A DNA stretch of 61,812 nucleotides, filler included, from Choristocarpus tenellus KU-1152 (GCA_964200185.2; 12 parts of 12 records of this genome joined end to end with filler, not necessarily neighbours in it); one strand, 5' to 3'; positions 1 to 13,168 are shown, counted from the first letter of the whole stretch. Notes: a model not told the origin generated them from the sequence alone. Translations and numbers: made by a program.

Positions 1-674
1 AAAAAGCAACCAAACCACACCCAAAAAACTCAAAACAAACCCCCCCCCCCCCCCCCCCCCCCCCAATTCCTCACTGCACCACCCCTTGTTCAACCAACAG
101 AACCAATCATAGTTGAGACCATCAAGAACAGCATTTAGATACAACCCCATCTGCCCTCCAAAATAATGATACAACATGTACCGTGCATGGATGAGCAAAT
201 GAGTTCTTCAAAGAAGCCAGACAATTAACAATAAAAAATAATCGTTCATCTGTCCCTCTTGCCTCCACACCCTCACCACACTAATACCAACACCAACAAA
301 TGACTCTTAAAAAACGCCTGCAGCTTGACATTCACATAAACCCAACAAAACTCCATTCTTTCGAAATCATAACACATCCACTAAATGCTATCAAATCTCT
401 CAATACACAGTACACCCATTCATCTTATTGAACAAGAGCGGTGAAAGCACTGCTTCCATTCACAATACATCTATTCTTACTCTCATCTGAACTACCTCAT
501 CAATCTCAACAGTACTCGAATATGATTGTGTCAATATACCCCCCCCCCCACCCCCCACCCCCCACCCCCCACCCCCCACATACACACACAAACCAGCAGA
601 GAACAGCACCACAACCACCTTTCACATCTCCTCAACCTCCAAAACGCCTCCATATCTCAAGCCACACCCTGCCT

Positions 675-3600
675 TCAACTTGGAGCCATCCTCCACCCCC
701 AGCTTTCAGAGGCAAACACAAGACCCCTCGCTTCATGGCGCCCTAAGGCCAGCATCCTAGTCCGGACCTGCGACAAGGGTAGAGGGCCAGCAGCCTCAAT
801 CAGCACTGGGACCGCCCAGAGGTCTCCCCTGCTCTTACCACTGCTCTTACTACTGCTCCAGGCTTTAGTAGCCCCCGCCCCCCTGGCCCCATCTTCTCCC
901 CCCCCCCCTATGCAAGATACAGCCTCGTAGGCTCGAAGAGGGCGTATGTTCACCAGGGATCCAAAAGAGCAGTCCCCGCAGCTTAGGTGCATTGAGAGGG
1001 GGTTTTTTTCCGTGCCCCAAGGGCAGGCGCACAAGGGTTAGGGTTAGGATTAGTGGTAGAAGGGGAGGGGCATAGGGAGAGACAAGACACCCTCATCAAA
1101 ATGAGGGGTTGGTTTTGAAAATCAAGACTGCAAACACGTTTCAAATTTGTATCCCCCTCCCTCAGCACCCTCCCCCGCATGTGTCTTGCCTGGTCGCGTA
1201 GCTTTAAGAACCATTAATAAATAAAATAACGGACTCTGTTGTAGGAGAAAAAGGCACAACTGTAGCAGAAAAAAAAAGAAACGAATGCTGTTACAAATAT
1301 GTAAATATTGCTTCCGTATACACTACTTCAAAGGAGTCAAAACAGGCACACTACCTCTGCATAACTTCAATATATATATATATATATTTATTTATTTTAT
1401 TTATTGTGCGAATTCAGAATTCTTAAAACACTGACTGATTCCTCATCACACGTCCCTCGGGTTTCTATCCTTCCCAACAGGCGTGCATCCCCAAGCGGGT
1501 CGACAACACACCAATCGAGACCGCCTCGAGGAAAACAGGGAACTCCATTCTGGCAGGTGAGAAGCCCCTCAGGAAGCAAGGTTTGGGAGAGGGAAACTTT
1601 CCACTTTTGAACTTTCAAAGTTGTGCCAAGACCTTGAAGAATTGCAAAGGAGGCATTTGTTCTTACTGAAACACTTCATTGCACTCCAATAAACAAGCCT
1701 TCTGAATCCTGGTCTAAAGTACACGCAGACACTGCAACTGTCCATGTCACCCTCGACTCTATCATCTCCTTAGGCACATTGCAGGGAGGTCTTCCACTGA
1801 TTTTCCGAGTCCTTGGGTAGTACGATTTTGTCCCGATTTTGTCCCCCGATCGACTCCAACAATTTGCAAACAACAATCGCTGGTCTGCACCAATGTAGTG
1901 TTTTGGTGAACAGATTGAACAAGGCCAAAAGGGGATCAAAGCGCCCATCACAAACTTTTTTGTCTCGGGGCAACCGGCGGCCAAAGATGTGCACATTGTT
2001 ATGCTCCAGAGTATGCTGAGTAGAAAAACAGGTCTCCCAGTTTCCAGACATCAAAGATGAAGTAGAGTGTTAGTGGACCAGGTGCGGCTGATTTCAAGCA
2101 GTGCCAGTTCGATGCTCTCCCCAGAGAGAGGATAAAACTACGGTTGCTTCATTTGCATTTCAATCTCTTATCAAAAAAATCGAAACGTGGTACGCCATCA
2201 AATGCTGAAAGAGGGTGGTTGCAACTGGTGAGGTATCAAACACGACATCATACCTTAGAAGGGAGAATTGGTAAGGGTTAGGATTGGGTTTGAAAACGAT
2301 AAACATAGCTAAAAAGGTTGGGGCGTGAGGCACACATAACAACAACAAAAAACAGCATGTGCCTCTAAAAAACTGAGCCCTTCCGAAGGAGAGATGTGCT
2401 CGAGTCTACCACACATACAGAGACATATGAACACATATATGTGTACCTAGACCAAAACAAAATATGGACAGGTGCACCAAGCTAAAAAAAACACTACCAT
2501 GGCAGATACAGATATAGATATAGATACAGAGCAAAAGCTAACCCCAACCCTGATCCTAACCCTAAGGTGCTGTAGTACAGTATCGAAGACAAGTACATCA
2601 AAGCTACTCACATGGCCTCGTACTGCATTGGAAAAGACAGGCGCCTCTCTGCAAAGCCAGCCTGCAGGCACACAAATGGATGAGGGGGGTGGAACTCGCC
2701 CCTCCGTTCAAAACACGACTCACAGAGGTTGTAACCACACGAAAGTGTGCTAAGGCCTCCAAAAACACTATCTACACCGGCAGATGCAGACTCCAACCTA
2801 TCTGTAGTTCCACCAGCTACAGAGCAGGCTCCAGGGCTAGCTCCAGGGTATGTCTGTTCTTGTTCCAGCTGCCCCAGAGCATGCCCTGTCTCAGCTTCTA
2901 ATCCAGGCTTAATTGGTCCTGTTCCCTTGCAGCCCCCGACACAGCGGAAACACGGACCCTGGATGGCTCCGCCTCCACACCTGCCGCACTTGACACCAGG
3001 GTGTCGGTGCATACGGCGCTCTGAGGCTGGGGAACAGTTGGCTGTAATCGCAGCAGCAAAAGCCCAAAGTCTATCCATAATTGCAGCACGTAGGCCACGT
3101 AACAGTAGGGATAGTTCAGAGGGCCAAGGGGGAGGGCACAACAGTTACTAAACAAGATAAGGAGAGACTGGTCCTATGAGTTTCCTGTCGAGTTTAAGGA
3201 TACAAGAGCAAGTAAATCGATAGTCAGGAACAAGCAAGCAAATGAGAACCAGGTGCGAGATAAATACGTTTGGGTGTGAGTGGGAGGGGCAAGCCCAAGA
3301 GAACAAAAGTGGAGCAGTTCCTGACTACTGGATGATTTAATAACATTGTCTTGATCCCAGAGAGTCAGGAAGATGGGGGTCACCCTTTTTGGATGCATAT
3401 ATCGGTTACATATTTGAACTTAACCAGTTCTCTAGTTAACTTAACCTTAGCTTCTCGTGGCAGCACGTGCTCCCTTGTCTTCCTTGCCATCGACGTCCAT
3501 AGACACAAGACCGCAATACCTCCGCGGTCTTCTGCAAAACCCACCTGAGAGAGGGCATGATGAGCAACGGTATTGATGGGTGTTGAACCATCTGGGATGA

Positions 3601-4297
3601 GGAATTGGGATAAGCAAAAGGATGCCACGCTGTTGCACATTGCAACCTCAGAGAAATCACTTTTTCTGCGAATCAATAACATTTCCCGCCCCCAGCACCG
3701 AGCAAAAAATTCCTCTATTTGCTTTAAACTTCTGGAATTAGCCCCCTACACCTGTTCATTTCTCGTTCCCTATATTATGCAATCCTGATCTTCAACACTT
3801 CAAACATGTAGCACTGCACTCACAGTTTGGAGAATTTGGCTAGTCCAACCAATCCTTTGCATTTTCAAGCACAACTAGTAGGTAGGTAAGGACACTATGG
3901 TAGTATCCATGTGGAAATGCAGATGATATATCACACTATATTGTATAGAAAATAGTATCAAGTCATCTACTCACCGCCCCTCGTACATCTCTCGCTCCAC
4001 GAGATACGCAGCCTGAATTCGAGATGCTTGTTCCTGCACAGACTCAGCCCAAAGAATGCAAAGCCGACCTTTTGCCCCCTCACCCCGCTTCTTCCTGCGT
4101 CTTCGACGATGCGTGCTACCATAGCATGTCTTGGTCAACATGCGATAAACATCTGGCCCATCAAAACGACTCGAGGCCTCTCGACAGGTGGTGATAAGAG
4201 CTACAAGGTCTGGGGGTGCCAGAAACAAGACAATGGAGATGTGGGAGAAATGGATATCCTCCCAGGAGGTTGTCCCACTCTGCCTCGAGGTTGCCAT
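675..4297 (-). CDS. Tentative multi-exon gene: F-box-like N-terminus plus ZZ-type zinc finger (exons ~3975-4297, ~3447-3545, 2612-~3070, 675-981)
   Basis: Exon 1 MATSRQ...SIVLFLAPPDLVALITTCRE (F-box-like) ends at a GTGAGT donor. The exon with HPGVKCGRCGGGAIQGPCFRCVGGC...YNLCESCFERRGEFHPPHPFVC ends at GTGAGT in phase 2 and joins in phase to GC-rich exon 981-675, which ends in TGA. Middle exon frame and acceptors are uncertain. Confidence 0.6.
2612..3070 (-). CDS. ZZ-type zinc-finger exon
   Basis: H-x3-C-x2-C...F-x-C-x3-C...YNLC-x2-C...H-x2-H-x-F matches the ZZ consensus. Strong donor at 2611. Confidence 0.75.
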
Positions 4298-4470
4298 CTT
4301 CAACTATTAATACTACCAACAACAGACCTATATACACCACCATGATACTTACCGTTGCCGGGTTTTTCTGAGGACTAAAAAGGTTAGGGACGTTTAGAAG
4401 AAACAAGGCTACACCTGAATTGTGAGAGGGATAACTTTGAAGCAAAGTTTGGGAGACACACGGCTATATC
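4298..4470. promoter_or_regulatory. Short divergent (bidirectional) promoter region
   Basis: Only 173 bp between the ATG at 4297 (-) and the ATG at 4471 (+). Confidence 0.45.
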
Positions 4471-6503
4471 ATGGGCCGTGTTGACTCCTGTGAGTCTAGA
4501 TTATCTTGGCAAAGTGTTGTATTTCGTATAGCTTGTTCTAACTAGAAGGTTTCTTTTGTGTACAGAAATTTAGTTTGCCCACCAACTAATTATCGCTACA
4601 CCTTAACCAGAACTTTCTCACCGTGTTTGCCCCTGCTCTGGCGCAGGCTCGCGATGCTGCATCGGAATTTCCATTCCGGGAGTAATCTTTCTTACGATCA
4701 TTGGCTTCTTGTTCGATAAGCAGCCCTTGTACACGGCCTACGAAGTCGAGGACCCAGACGCAGCTGCAAGCAATTGCTACATGGGAGGTGAAACTGGGGG
4801 GAGTACGAACTTCTGTGTCTTTATTCGGCTAGTTCTTTGATAACATTCGTTAACTTGTACCAGTTATGTCGTCAGTATTCATGTAGCAATAGTGGTTGTC
4901 CGTTGTGGTACATTTCGGCACCCCAAAAGTTTGTCGGGGGGGTGGTGTACTTGCTGGCATGGATGTGGATGGACGTGGATTTTGTCTCTGAACACCCTAA
5001 GTAAGATTTAAGGAAATTCGGGGCTCGTCTGCCAGTGTATAAGAGGCCATTGGTAGGGGTGGGAGTGAAGTTCTGGAAGATCTCTTGGCAAGAAGGAAAA
5101 GAGGTTTTTGGTTGACGGACGCGCAAGATTTATCCGATGCTTTTACTGACTTCGACTATCGGTGTGACGGGGTAGCAAACGTTTATGAGGCGTCTCTCGG
5201 CTTCCTCTATGCCACATGCAACGAGAAAGCAAAGTAACCTGTAAGTGCGCAATCACGCACCTCATGAGTAGACTCGATTACAACTTTTCACTTGAAATAT
5301 AAAGACTAAAGGTAATTAATCCTTTCTTGATTTCCAGAATCGGAATGCCAGCCCTAAGCGCTATATAAAATAGTTGGCATTAGTGCGTACATGCACACTT
5401 GACAATAACAGCATGAATTTCAAAGAGAAATAAGCATTTTTTTTTAATCGTCCATCAAGGACATCTGACTCGACCCTCTCGCAAATTTGCATAACTTCAG
5501 TGTAATATCCAACCAATTGCCCCCATGAAATTAATTCTCATAATTTCGCGAACGGATGAACCCAAGTGATTTCACAATTACATTCAAGTCTGTGCCGCGC
5601 AATTACTCCCCTGGAAATGGCATCTGGACAACCGCAACAGTTGTAGGTTTAGTGTGCAATTAGACGACATTCAAATTCTGCCTTAAACTAGCACTTCCCT
5701 CAAAAGTCTAATATGATCCATTCCCTATGCCAGGGTTCAGTCCCAATCATATAACGTAACTGATCAACCTTTTTGTGGATCCCATTGTATGACCCCTGTC
5801 CCTCTGGAACATTAGCGGTAATATACCTAGCAATGGTTATCCTCTCGGTTGTGGGCATCCTCTATGAGAAGAAGAAGGGACCAACTGATGCGGTGACGTC
5901 GGTGAGTAAATAAACGTTCAAATTTCTAGGAGAGTATTGTTGTGATTTAGGTCTTCACAAATAGAGGTACCTCCCTCCCCCCTGTTCTTTGTTCTTGATT
6001 TGAAGTGATCTGATGAGGTATTTGTTGGTTTGAAGGGCTGCAAGTATATGTGTGCCCCTCTTGTATGCTTTGTTTGCACAAGTTTGAAAGTGTAAATGTG
6101 CTGTGCTCCCCCACACACACCTAGCAGGGGTGACGTTGTCAACACAGGACGAAATTATCGATTGTCATGTAAGACATTAAAAATTCTACTTCAAGGTTAG
6201 GGGCAGTTCATATGAACTATAGATGGACAGTAGTTGTGTGGCGAGTACTGTTAGCTCCTCATCAGGTTCTTTAACCTTGGGGCTGCAGTTCAGATATGGA
6301 TTGAAGAGGGAGCACAATCGGTGAGGTGATGACCTATGTGAGTTCAGTACAGCTCGTGTCCCATGTGCCTGTTGCCTTACATCCGCCTTCCTCTCCTTGG
6401 CTGCTTCCAGGAGGAGGAAACTGGGCTCTTGGCGTGGGAGAATGATGGCTACGGATCTCTCGGGTCAATGTCAGCAATGCCGCCCAATTCCAACGATCTG
6501 TAG
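4471..6503 (+). CDS. RNASEK: RNase kappa / V-ATPase V0 subunit f-like two-TM protein, join(4471..4489,4647..4787,5816..5901,6411..6503), 112 aa
   Basis: All introns are GT-AG and phases are consistent. Translation: MGRVDSCSRCCIGISIPGVIFLTIIGFLFDKQPLYTAYEVEDPDAAASNCYMGAVIYLAMVILSVVGILYEKKKGPTDAVTSEEETGLLAWENDGYGSLGSMSAMPPNSNDL*. The CC-x-S-x2-GVIFL TM1, then A-x-NC-(F/Y)-x-A-x2-Y and TM2 match the RNASEK family pattern as recalled. Confidence 0.8.
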
Positions 6504-6718
6504 TTGATGCTCAACAGTGCACTATTGTATCCAGTACTGTGTCCCTCTGTTTAGAGCACAAGGTTGGGGTGAAGGAGGGGGGGGGGGGGGGGGAGGGTGG
6601 TGAAAGGTTGAGGAGGCGGGGGGGAGGGGAGGATGATCAGGGAAGGGGGTTCCGAGGTGACCTCCATTGGNNNNNNNNNNCTGATTCGAGTCCCCGTTTG
6701 GCGCCTCTGGTGCTGGAT

Positions 6719-6753
<35 letters not shown>

Positions 6754-8099
6754 GAGAGGGTAGTGAAAGGTTGAGGAGGCTGTGGTGAGAGGAGGATGAT
6801 CAGGGAAGGTGGTTCCGAGGTGACCTCCATTGGAATCAAGCAATAGCAATTGCTGGAGCACGTGAGGTGATGGATACCCTTGCTGTTGTTGTCACCCGTC
6901 CTCTGCAGTAGCGTGTGTGATCAGTGAGAGTGTTTTTTTCCTCCTTTGCATCCCCAAGGGTGAGCACTTCCTCTTCCCTTTGAGGTTATCCTTTCATCAC
7001 ATCACTGGTGACAGGACGCTTGCAGGGGTTAGGGTGGGTGAACCTATTTATTTGCCTCTTGGGGCGCTATCCCTACATGCTACCTCTGCCAACCCGTCTC
7101 CTTCTGCTTTTGAACGTGTCAGCTGGCTCGTGCCGATAAATTATTGAGGAGTTAGAATTTGCAGTGGTCGTGCGTTGGCTCAATGTGCTCCGCATTGGTT
7201 TTTCCATTGGTGTAAAACCTTTTTTTGTACACCATGAGAGCTCTACCCTTGAATCTTTACTGTAGACTGCTTGCTTTGTGTGAGGAAAAAAGGGTCTAGA
7301 ACCGGCTTGTGATTTTCCCCTGCATCACGTTGTCTAGTGTGTGTTGAGCGTATCACTCGTGTGTGTGTAACCATAGAAGTTGTGCTCCTTAGGACAGGTG
7401 AGAGTGGTGCAGGTGGTTTTGTGGTTTGCTAGTGTAATGAGACAAGGTCGATGTGGAAGAGTCTTTGAAAACCTCATTCAGCCTCCATTACAGGTTTGCA
7501 TGACCTCTCGACATGTACGGGTCTTTTTGTCGACCTTGACCAAGCTTTCCTGGTGGTGAGTGGGTTTGGGAGGTGGGGATTTTTTTTTCTTTTGTTCCCC
7601 TTTGGTATTATCTTCGACGCGTATCTTTTTATGTTATGAAATGAGGAGGGACTGATGCCTATGGAGTGAAGTATGGAACATAGAGAAGGTTACGCTATCC
7701 TAGGGCTGTGTTAAGAACTTTTTTTAATGCTTTAGTATATTGACCAACACCTACAACAGTAGTCCCAAATGCCTATGCAGGTGATCCAATACTGATGTAG
7801 GTGTTGAAGAGAAGCAACCGTATGTTGCTCTCACAACCCCAAATGAGTTGAAGTTGAACCAACACTGCTGAATCATGCTGCCCCCACAGCCCAAACTAAG
7901 TGTATGTTGAACAGATGCTATATCAATAAATGTGGTTCTATGAGCTGCAACTGTCAAGTCTGGCAAGTGGAATAATGAAAGAGATAATAGCTTGCCCTCG
8001 AATAGAGCTCTAGGTTGTAGCCCAAAAACTGAGACAGTTCCTGCCTTTAGTAAGCATTCGTTTTACTATCGATCTGTTGATGCGATAACGCCCAGTGCC

Positions 8100-9060
8100 T
8101 GAAATGATTCTTGCAGACAACAACAGTATACAGACCTACGCTGTTTTTGATAGAGGTACTTCAAAGCAGTAGTCAAGACCGAAATTTAGTTGAGGAAAGT
8201 TCACATAAATTTCTAACGAAAGCGATGTGTTGTATTACAGGTCGTACAATCTTCTCTGGGATAAAACCATGCACTGTGATTATGATCCACAAGGGCTCAA
8301 TGATCAAGTTTCAAGTTGTGCTCGTCCAACTGCTGGACCTCTGTATAACTGGTCACCAATTCAGAATCGTAATGTTTTGGAGGGAAGTTGAATGTTAAGA
8401 CCACTTGTTCATCTGGACATACACCCTTGCCAGTGCAGAGGAAGTGAGGTCAAAAGCTGCCTGGGCTGCGTGGAAATTGGGCCAATTCCCTAGTAGCGTT
8501 AATGTGGGGAATCTACATGCTCGGCAGGTTGATTCTCCTACTCTGTCAACATCTTGGAGCCTTGGACCGCCCTATCAAAGAGAGATTAACACCCAGTACA
8601 ACATATCAATCAGCGCTAGTGGTACTCTAGAACATCCGACCATATTTGGCCTGTGACAGACATTGTCAGGACCATGAATGGTATTCCCGAATTGCTCTAT
8701 GTCATCCATCGTCAGGACAATGTTTGAAGGCAGTTGTTCTGTAACAAATGTCTAGCACTAAGCTGTGTGTGCCTAACATCCAATTGTCAGGCACACTCGA
8801 CACCATTTCCTCAGGAGTGTCTGGTGTCCAGAAAATTCTCGAGCACTATTTCCCTAAATCTGTTGCCCAGAACAACGCCCACGCCTAGCTGTGCAATAAA
8901 GTATTATGTCACACATTGATGTGATCCTGTCAAACTCATAGTAAGAGCAGAGAAGAGGGTGACAGCACAAGGGATGTGGGAAAAGAAGGAACAATCCTTG
9001 GTGCTGGACCTAGTCCTTGAATTGTGCTTTTCTTTCTGCTTGATATTTCTCCATCTCTGT
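8100..9060 (-). pseudogene. Highly decayed Ty3/gypsy pol (RNase H) remnant
   Basis: Frameshifted fragments LGVGVVLG and RWMT..EQFGNTIH.GPDNV resemble gypsy RNase H motifs. Many stops. Confidence 0.3.
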
Positions 9061-10296
9061 AGACTAGACTGATGGGTATATCTGCCTTGTTTTGGTGCAT
9101 ACATAGGCCTTGCATCTCTCTTTGCTATCTTTTACATGGCCTTTCTGACTACAGTTCGAGTGTGCCATCTGTTCCTTCTCCTTGACAAAATTTGCCCATT
9201 GTTTTTCTTTTGGCCATCACCATGCAACGTACTTCAAACCAACGTGATAATGAGTGGGACTAATACCAAAATATTGCTTTCTTATGCGAGCATTACATAT
9301 TGTATAGTATTAAACGTCATTGTGGGGAACAAATTTCCAGCCTGCTGATCTTACAGACTGAAGCTACAAGGAGGACATTAAGAAAACTTAGATGCTCCTT
9401 CTGTGTAATTTGTAGATGTACCAAATGATAAGGTTGGGGAAGTATCTCACCAGATATGGATGGATAGATGAGAGAACATCTCTCTCTCCCTGCAATATTG
9501 ACCCCGATTTTAGAGTCATGTCTACAGTAATGCTTGCTGTGACTGCCGACACCATACCAACATGCCAAATGCAAATCGAGCCCCCCCAACCATGCCCCCA
9601 ACCATGCCCCCAACCGCCATGCATGGCCCTGGGCCAGCCCGTGACCCGGACATGTTGAAACAGCTGACGGCCATGGACGAGCCGTGCAAATCAAGTTTAC
9701 TCATTGCCGGCCTGTTGTGGCCTGGACGACATGTTTAAGCACGTGACAGCCATAGACCGATCCCGTCAGGAAAAATAACGCATGACCACGATGGGACCCG
9801 ACCATGTTGAAGCAGTTGACATGCATGGACCGGCCTTGTCAGAAACATTTTACCCATGAACGTTCTGAAGAAATTCATTCCACCACAACCAGAACTTATC
9901 AGAACGATCCTTACTCTTGGTAAGTATTTACGAATTGCAAAGTTACAGACTATAGTTGTGCTGTATATTTTTTTGCAATTATTGTGTGTTGTGTGTATTA
10001 GAGGAAATATGCACCTATTTCCTATATTCCTAGCATAATATATATGCAGTACCTACGCCGATTTTATACTAACTATTATGTACCAAACCCATGTTTGTAC
10101 CGCTTTTTTCGACATACTAAAAACAAAATAGGATTTTGTACCGGAATTCTCGGGCGACTTGGTACAAACTCCCAGAGATATTCACGCGAGTTTGGCGCGC
10201 GCGGAACCATATCTCGCGAAAAGTGCCTTTCTTCCTGAGTCATGACCACACAGCAGTACAGTACGTTGCTTGTAGGGGAATAAAGTGGAAGCCATG

Positions 10297-10396
10297 NNNN
10301 NNNNNNNNNNNNNNNNNNNNNNNNNNNNNNNNNNNNNNNNTTAATTAATTAANNNNNNNNNNNNNNNNNNNNNNNNNNNNNNNNNNNNNNNNNNNN
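10297..10396. other. Artificial contig linker
   Basis: N44-TTAATTAATTAA-N44 (stop codons in all six frames). Confidence 0.97.
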
Positions 10397-12550
10397 CCCC
10401 CTCATCCCTTCTCTCTGTTGTCCACCCCATCAGGCGTTGCGGCCGCATGGTGTATTTTCCCGCCCTTGTAGCTTTGATTTGGTATTCCTTGTAGTGGCTA
10501 GTAATTGGAATGGACCTGTACTCATCTACGCTTTTGTAACATATTATTATTGTTTCACGTGTGCAGTGCAAGTTGGGGGAGGGTCTGTATCACCAATGTC
10601 AACATGTAAGGAAGGACAATTCTGCAGAAGGATTGAATGGCAACCTCCCATGACCATCCCCCACAAGTCCTTCACAGGTCACTGCCACCCCCACCCTTCC
10701 TCTAGATGTTCACATCGATGCATCTTCCACTGAGTTGACACTGCCATGTAGAGTGGCACATGGTAAGCGAAGCAGCACACGATAGAATCACCAGAAGGGG
10801 ATTGGAAAACAGCCCTCCTGATCTTTGGCCAAAGGAGGTCAAACACCAGATATATTTTTTTCTATGGACATCAGTCATTGTCACCGCTTCTCATATTCTT
10901 GCACAATGCAATCCAACCCGACCTTCGATGTGATATCTATCTGTCATATTGTACTTGTTTACATATGTGACGAGAAGGTTAAACCTATGAGAGAGGAGAA
11001 ACGAGACCCGGAAGTTGAGAAAGTAACAATACTTTCGCCACTTTAGGCTAAATACTGATAGTGACAAGAGATACAGTGTTCACATGGAATGTACTTCCAG
11101 TTTATTTTGGTGAAGGTGTCGTGTTGCCCTCTTCATCGAGCCTTTGTGAATGTGATGGCATTAGGGGATTGTGCCTGCAAGTGCCAGGGGTGCATGGTAT
11201 TGGTAGTAGGTCAAGAAGTGAATCAATCACGCCGTAGAAGCATCAGTTCAGTGCTTAATGTAGGAGGGTTGGTTTATGATAAGTTGAAGGCAGGAAGAAA
11301 GCTAATAGATGGGAAACCACCCACTTGCCAACAAATATAGGTGCCTCACAGTTGGCTTTATCACTGTTCTACTTGTGTCGTGCAGGGTGATGGGCACTAA
11401 GTCAAGTGAGGTTGGAGACCTCAAGCTGCGACTGATTGAACTGAGCACCCAAATGGAGGTTTGTTCGAGTAGAGAAAGGTTGTGACTAGATGAGGGGGGT
11501 AGAGACTGGTTGGAAATGAATGGTGTCCTTCTCATTTATTATTAGTTTCTTTCTTTCCATAGGCTAGGAGGTTGGGAAGCCTTACGCCATTTCTAATGCT
11601 AAAAGAATCAATGCTGACTACATGACCATCTATTCGTTGAAGTTTATCATCATTTGACCCTTCATCGTATCTGTTTATGTACGACAGTATATCAGAAGAT
11701 AATTTCCCTCTTGGCTCAATGTGGAAGCTAGGTTTATAAGGCAGGGCCGAGGGGGGGGATTTCATAGCACTTGACAACAACTGAACTCATCCTCACCTCC
11801 ACCTTGCGTACCTGGTCTTCAAAGGCTACTAACAAACACATCAGTGGCTGATATCAATGACAATTCTCAACATGCGGTTAGTCACATGCCCAACCCCAGC
11901 TATGCTGCTTTGCTGTGAATACCAATGGTGTTTGGCTGATCGTTTCCGGTGCCATCCATGTTGAATCATACCAACTCTCAGTGGATCGTGCTCTGAACTT
12001 GCAGGAGTCGGAGCATGAGAGGAGGCTTGCAGAGGACAAGGTCCTTGGATTGATGTTAAGGCAAGAAGGGGTATATTGGGTGAGGATTGAGAGTCTCTTC
12101 TGATGGGCCATTTTTTTTGTTGTCTAGACGAATGGTGGGGAAACAGTTTGTGCAAAACCTACTGATGGACGTTGCATTGTGAGCAGAGGACGGGCGGTTG
12201 GGAGTTGTGCGTGTGTTTGGTATGCTGATATTATAGCATTGATGGCACACCCATTTAAATGAGTGTGCATGATGTGCTGCCAGTGTGTAATACTGATATC
12301 CTATTTTGTGCCAACCTATGCTGCCACCCTGCCTCCCATATTCAACCTGAATGAAGTCTCCACCAAAATAGTGAGATATGGAGATTGAGAAGGAAAAACA
12401 TCTCCATGCCATTATTTCTTACATAGTAGAATAGATAGCTTATATGCCACGTTGAACCAATAGGGTGCATATACCTCTCAACCTCCTCTACCCCCTGAAC
12501 TTCACTATTCACGCCGCATGTGTTAATCTTGGGACAACTTCATACTGCAG

Positions 12551-12892
12551 ACCATCGAGACTGTCACACTCAAACTCCGACTGTGACAGAACCGTGAGCG
12601 GGAGCTCATTGAGGGGGCAGCGGTGGAGGAGTTGAAGAGGGAGGTGGAGGAGATTCACTCGGACGTGCGCCATTGAAAGAGTGTGACTGATGGGCTGAAG
12701 CGGCAGATTGAAGCCCAGCAAGATCTCAAAACGAGTGCAAAGGTCTGTGCAGCAAGGTGAGAGAGGCGTGCCCATGAGATGGCGTCCGAGCTAGGCGACC
12801 TGAAGAGGACGACAAAACTGCCGCATCGTGAGGCAGAGCAGCAGAGCCGTGGCAAGGAGTGCGCTGATGATGAGGGGACCTTTTGGAGGGAG
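12551..12892 (+). pseudogene. Pseudo-exon encoding a coiled-coil segment
   Basis: 114-codon frame bounded by CAG| and |GTGGGT (VEELKREVEEIHSDVRH*KSVTDGLKRQIEAQQ), with three in-frame TGA codons. Confidence 0.5.
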
Positions 12893-12987
12893 GTGGGTGG
12901 GCATTGCGAACGCTAGTGATCGTCATTCATTGCTCTGTATATATACGATATGATATATGGTCATCATTGCATAATTATCAGGGTTTT

Positions 12988-13168
12988 GAACCAAAGTATC
13001 TGGGGGGGTGGGAGGGGTCTACACGAGGGTGTCCATTTGGACCAAAATCGGGAAAAGCGCATTTGAATTATCCATCCGACGCATGGCAACCAAATCACCC
13101 AAAAATCGCGATATGAAAAAATTGACCCAAAATGGACAGGCGCCACCCCCTCCCAGATACTTTGAGCC
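12988..13168 (-). mobile_element. MITE family A, full copy
   Basis: TIRs GAACCAAAGTATCTGGG/CCCAGATACTTTGAGCC; 3-bp TSD ttt. Confidence 0.9.

Noticed and set aside
441-746. Poly-Pro/poly-Gly ORFs (also ~6520-6860, 19117-19545, 52321-52596)
   Set aside because: Translations of C/G homopolymer runs and gaps.
6575-6835. Direct duplications flanking 10-N gaps (also ~19245-19425, 52388-52570, 60430-60665)
   Set aside because: Each repeats the sequence next to a poly-G/C run on both sides of a scaffold gap, typical of unmerged overlapping contig ends.
12551-12892. UGA recoding (Sec/Trp) in the coiled-coil exon
   Set aside because: No redox motif or visible SECIS, other genes here use TGG for Trp, and transition decay is pervasive.
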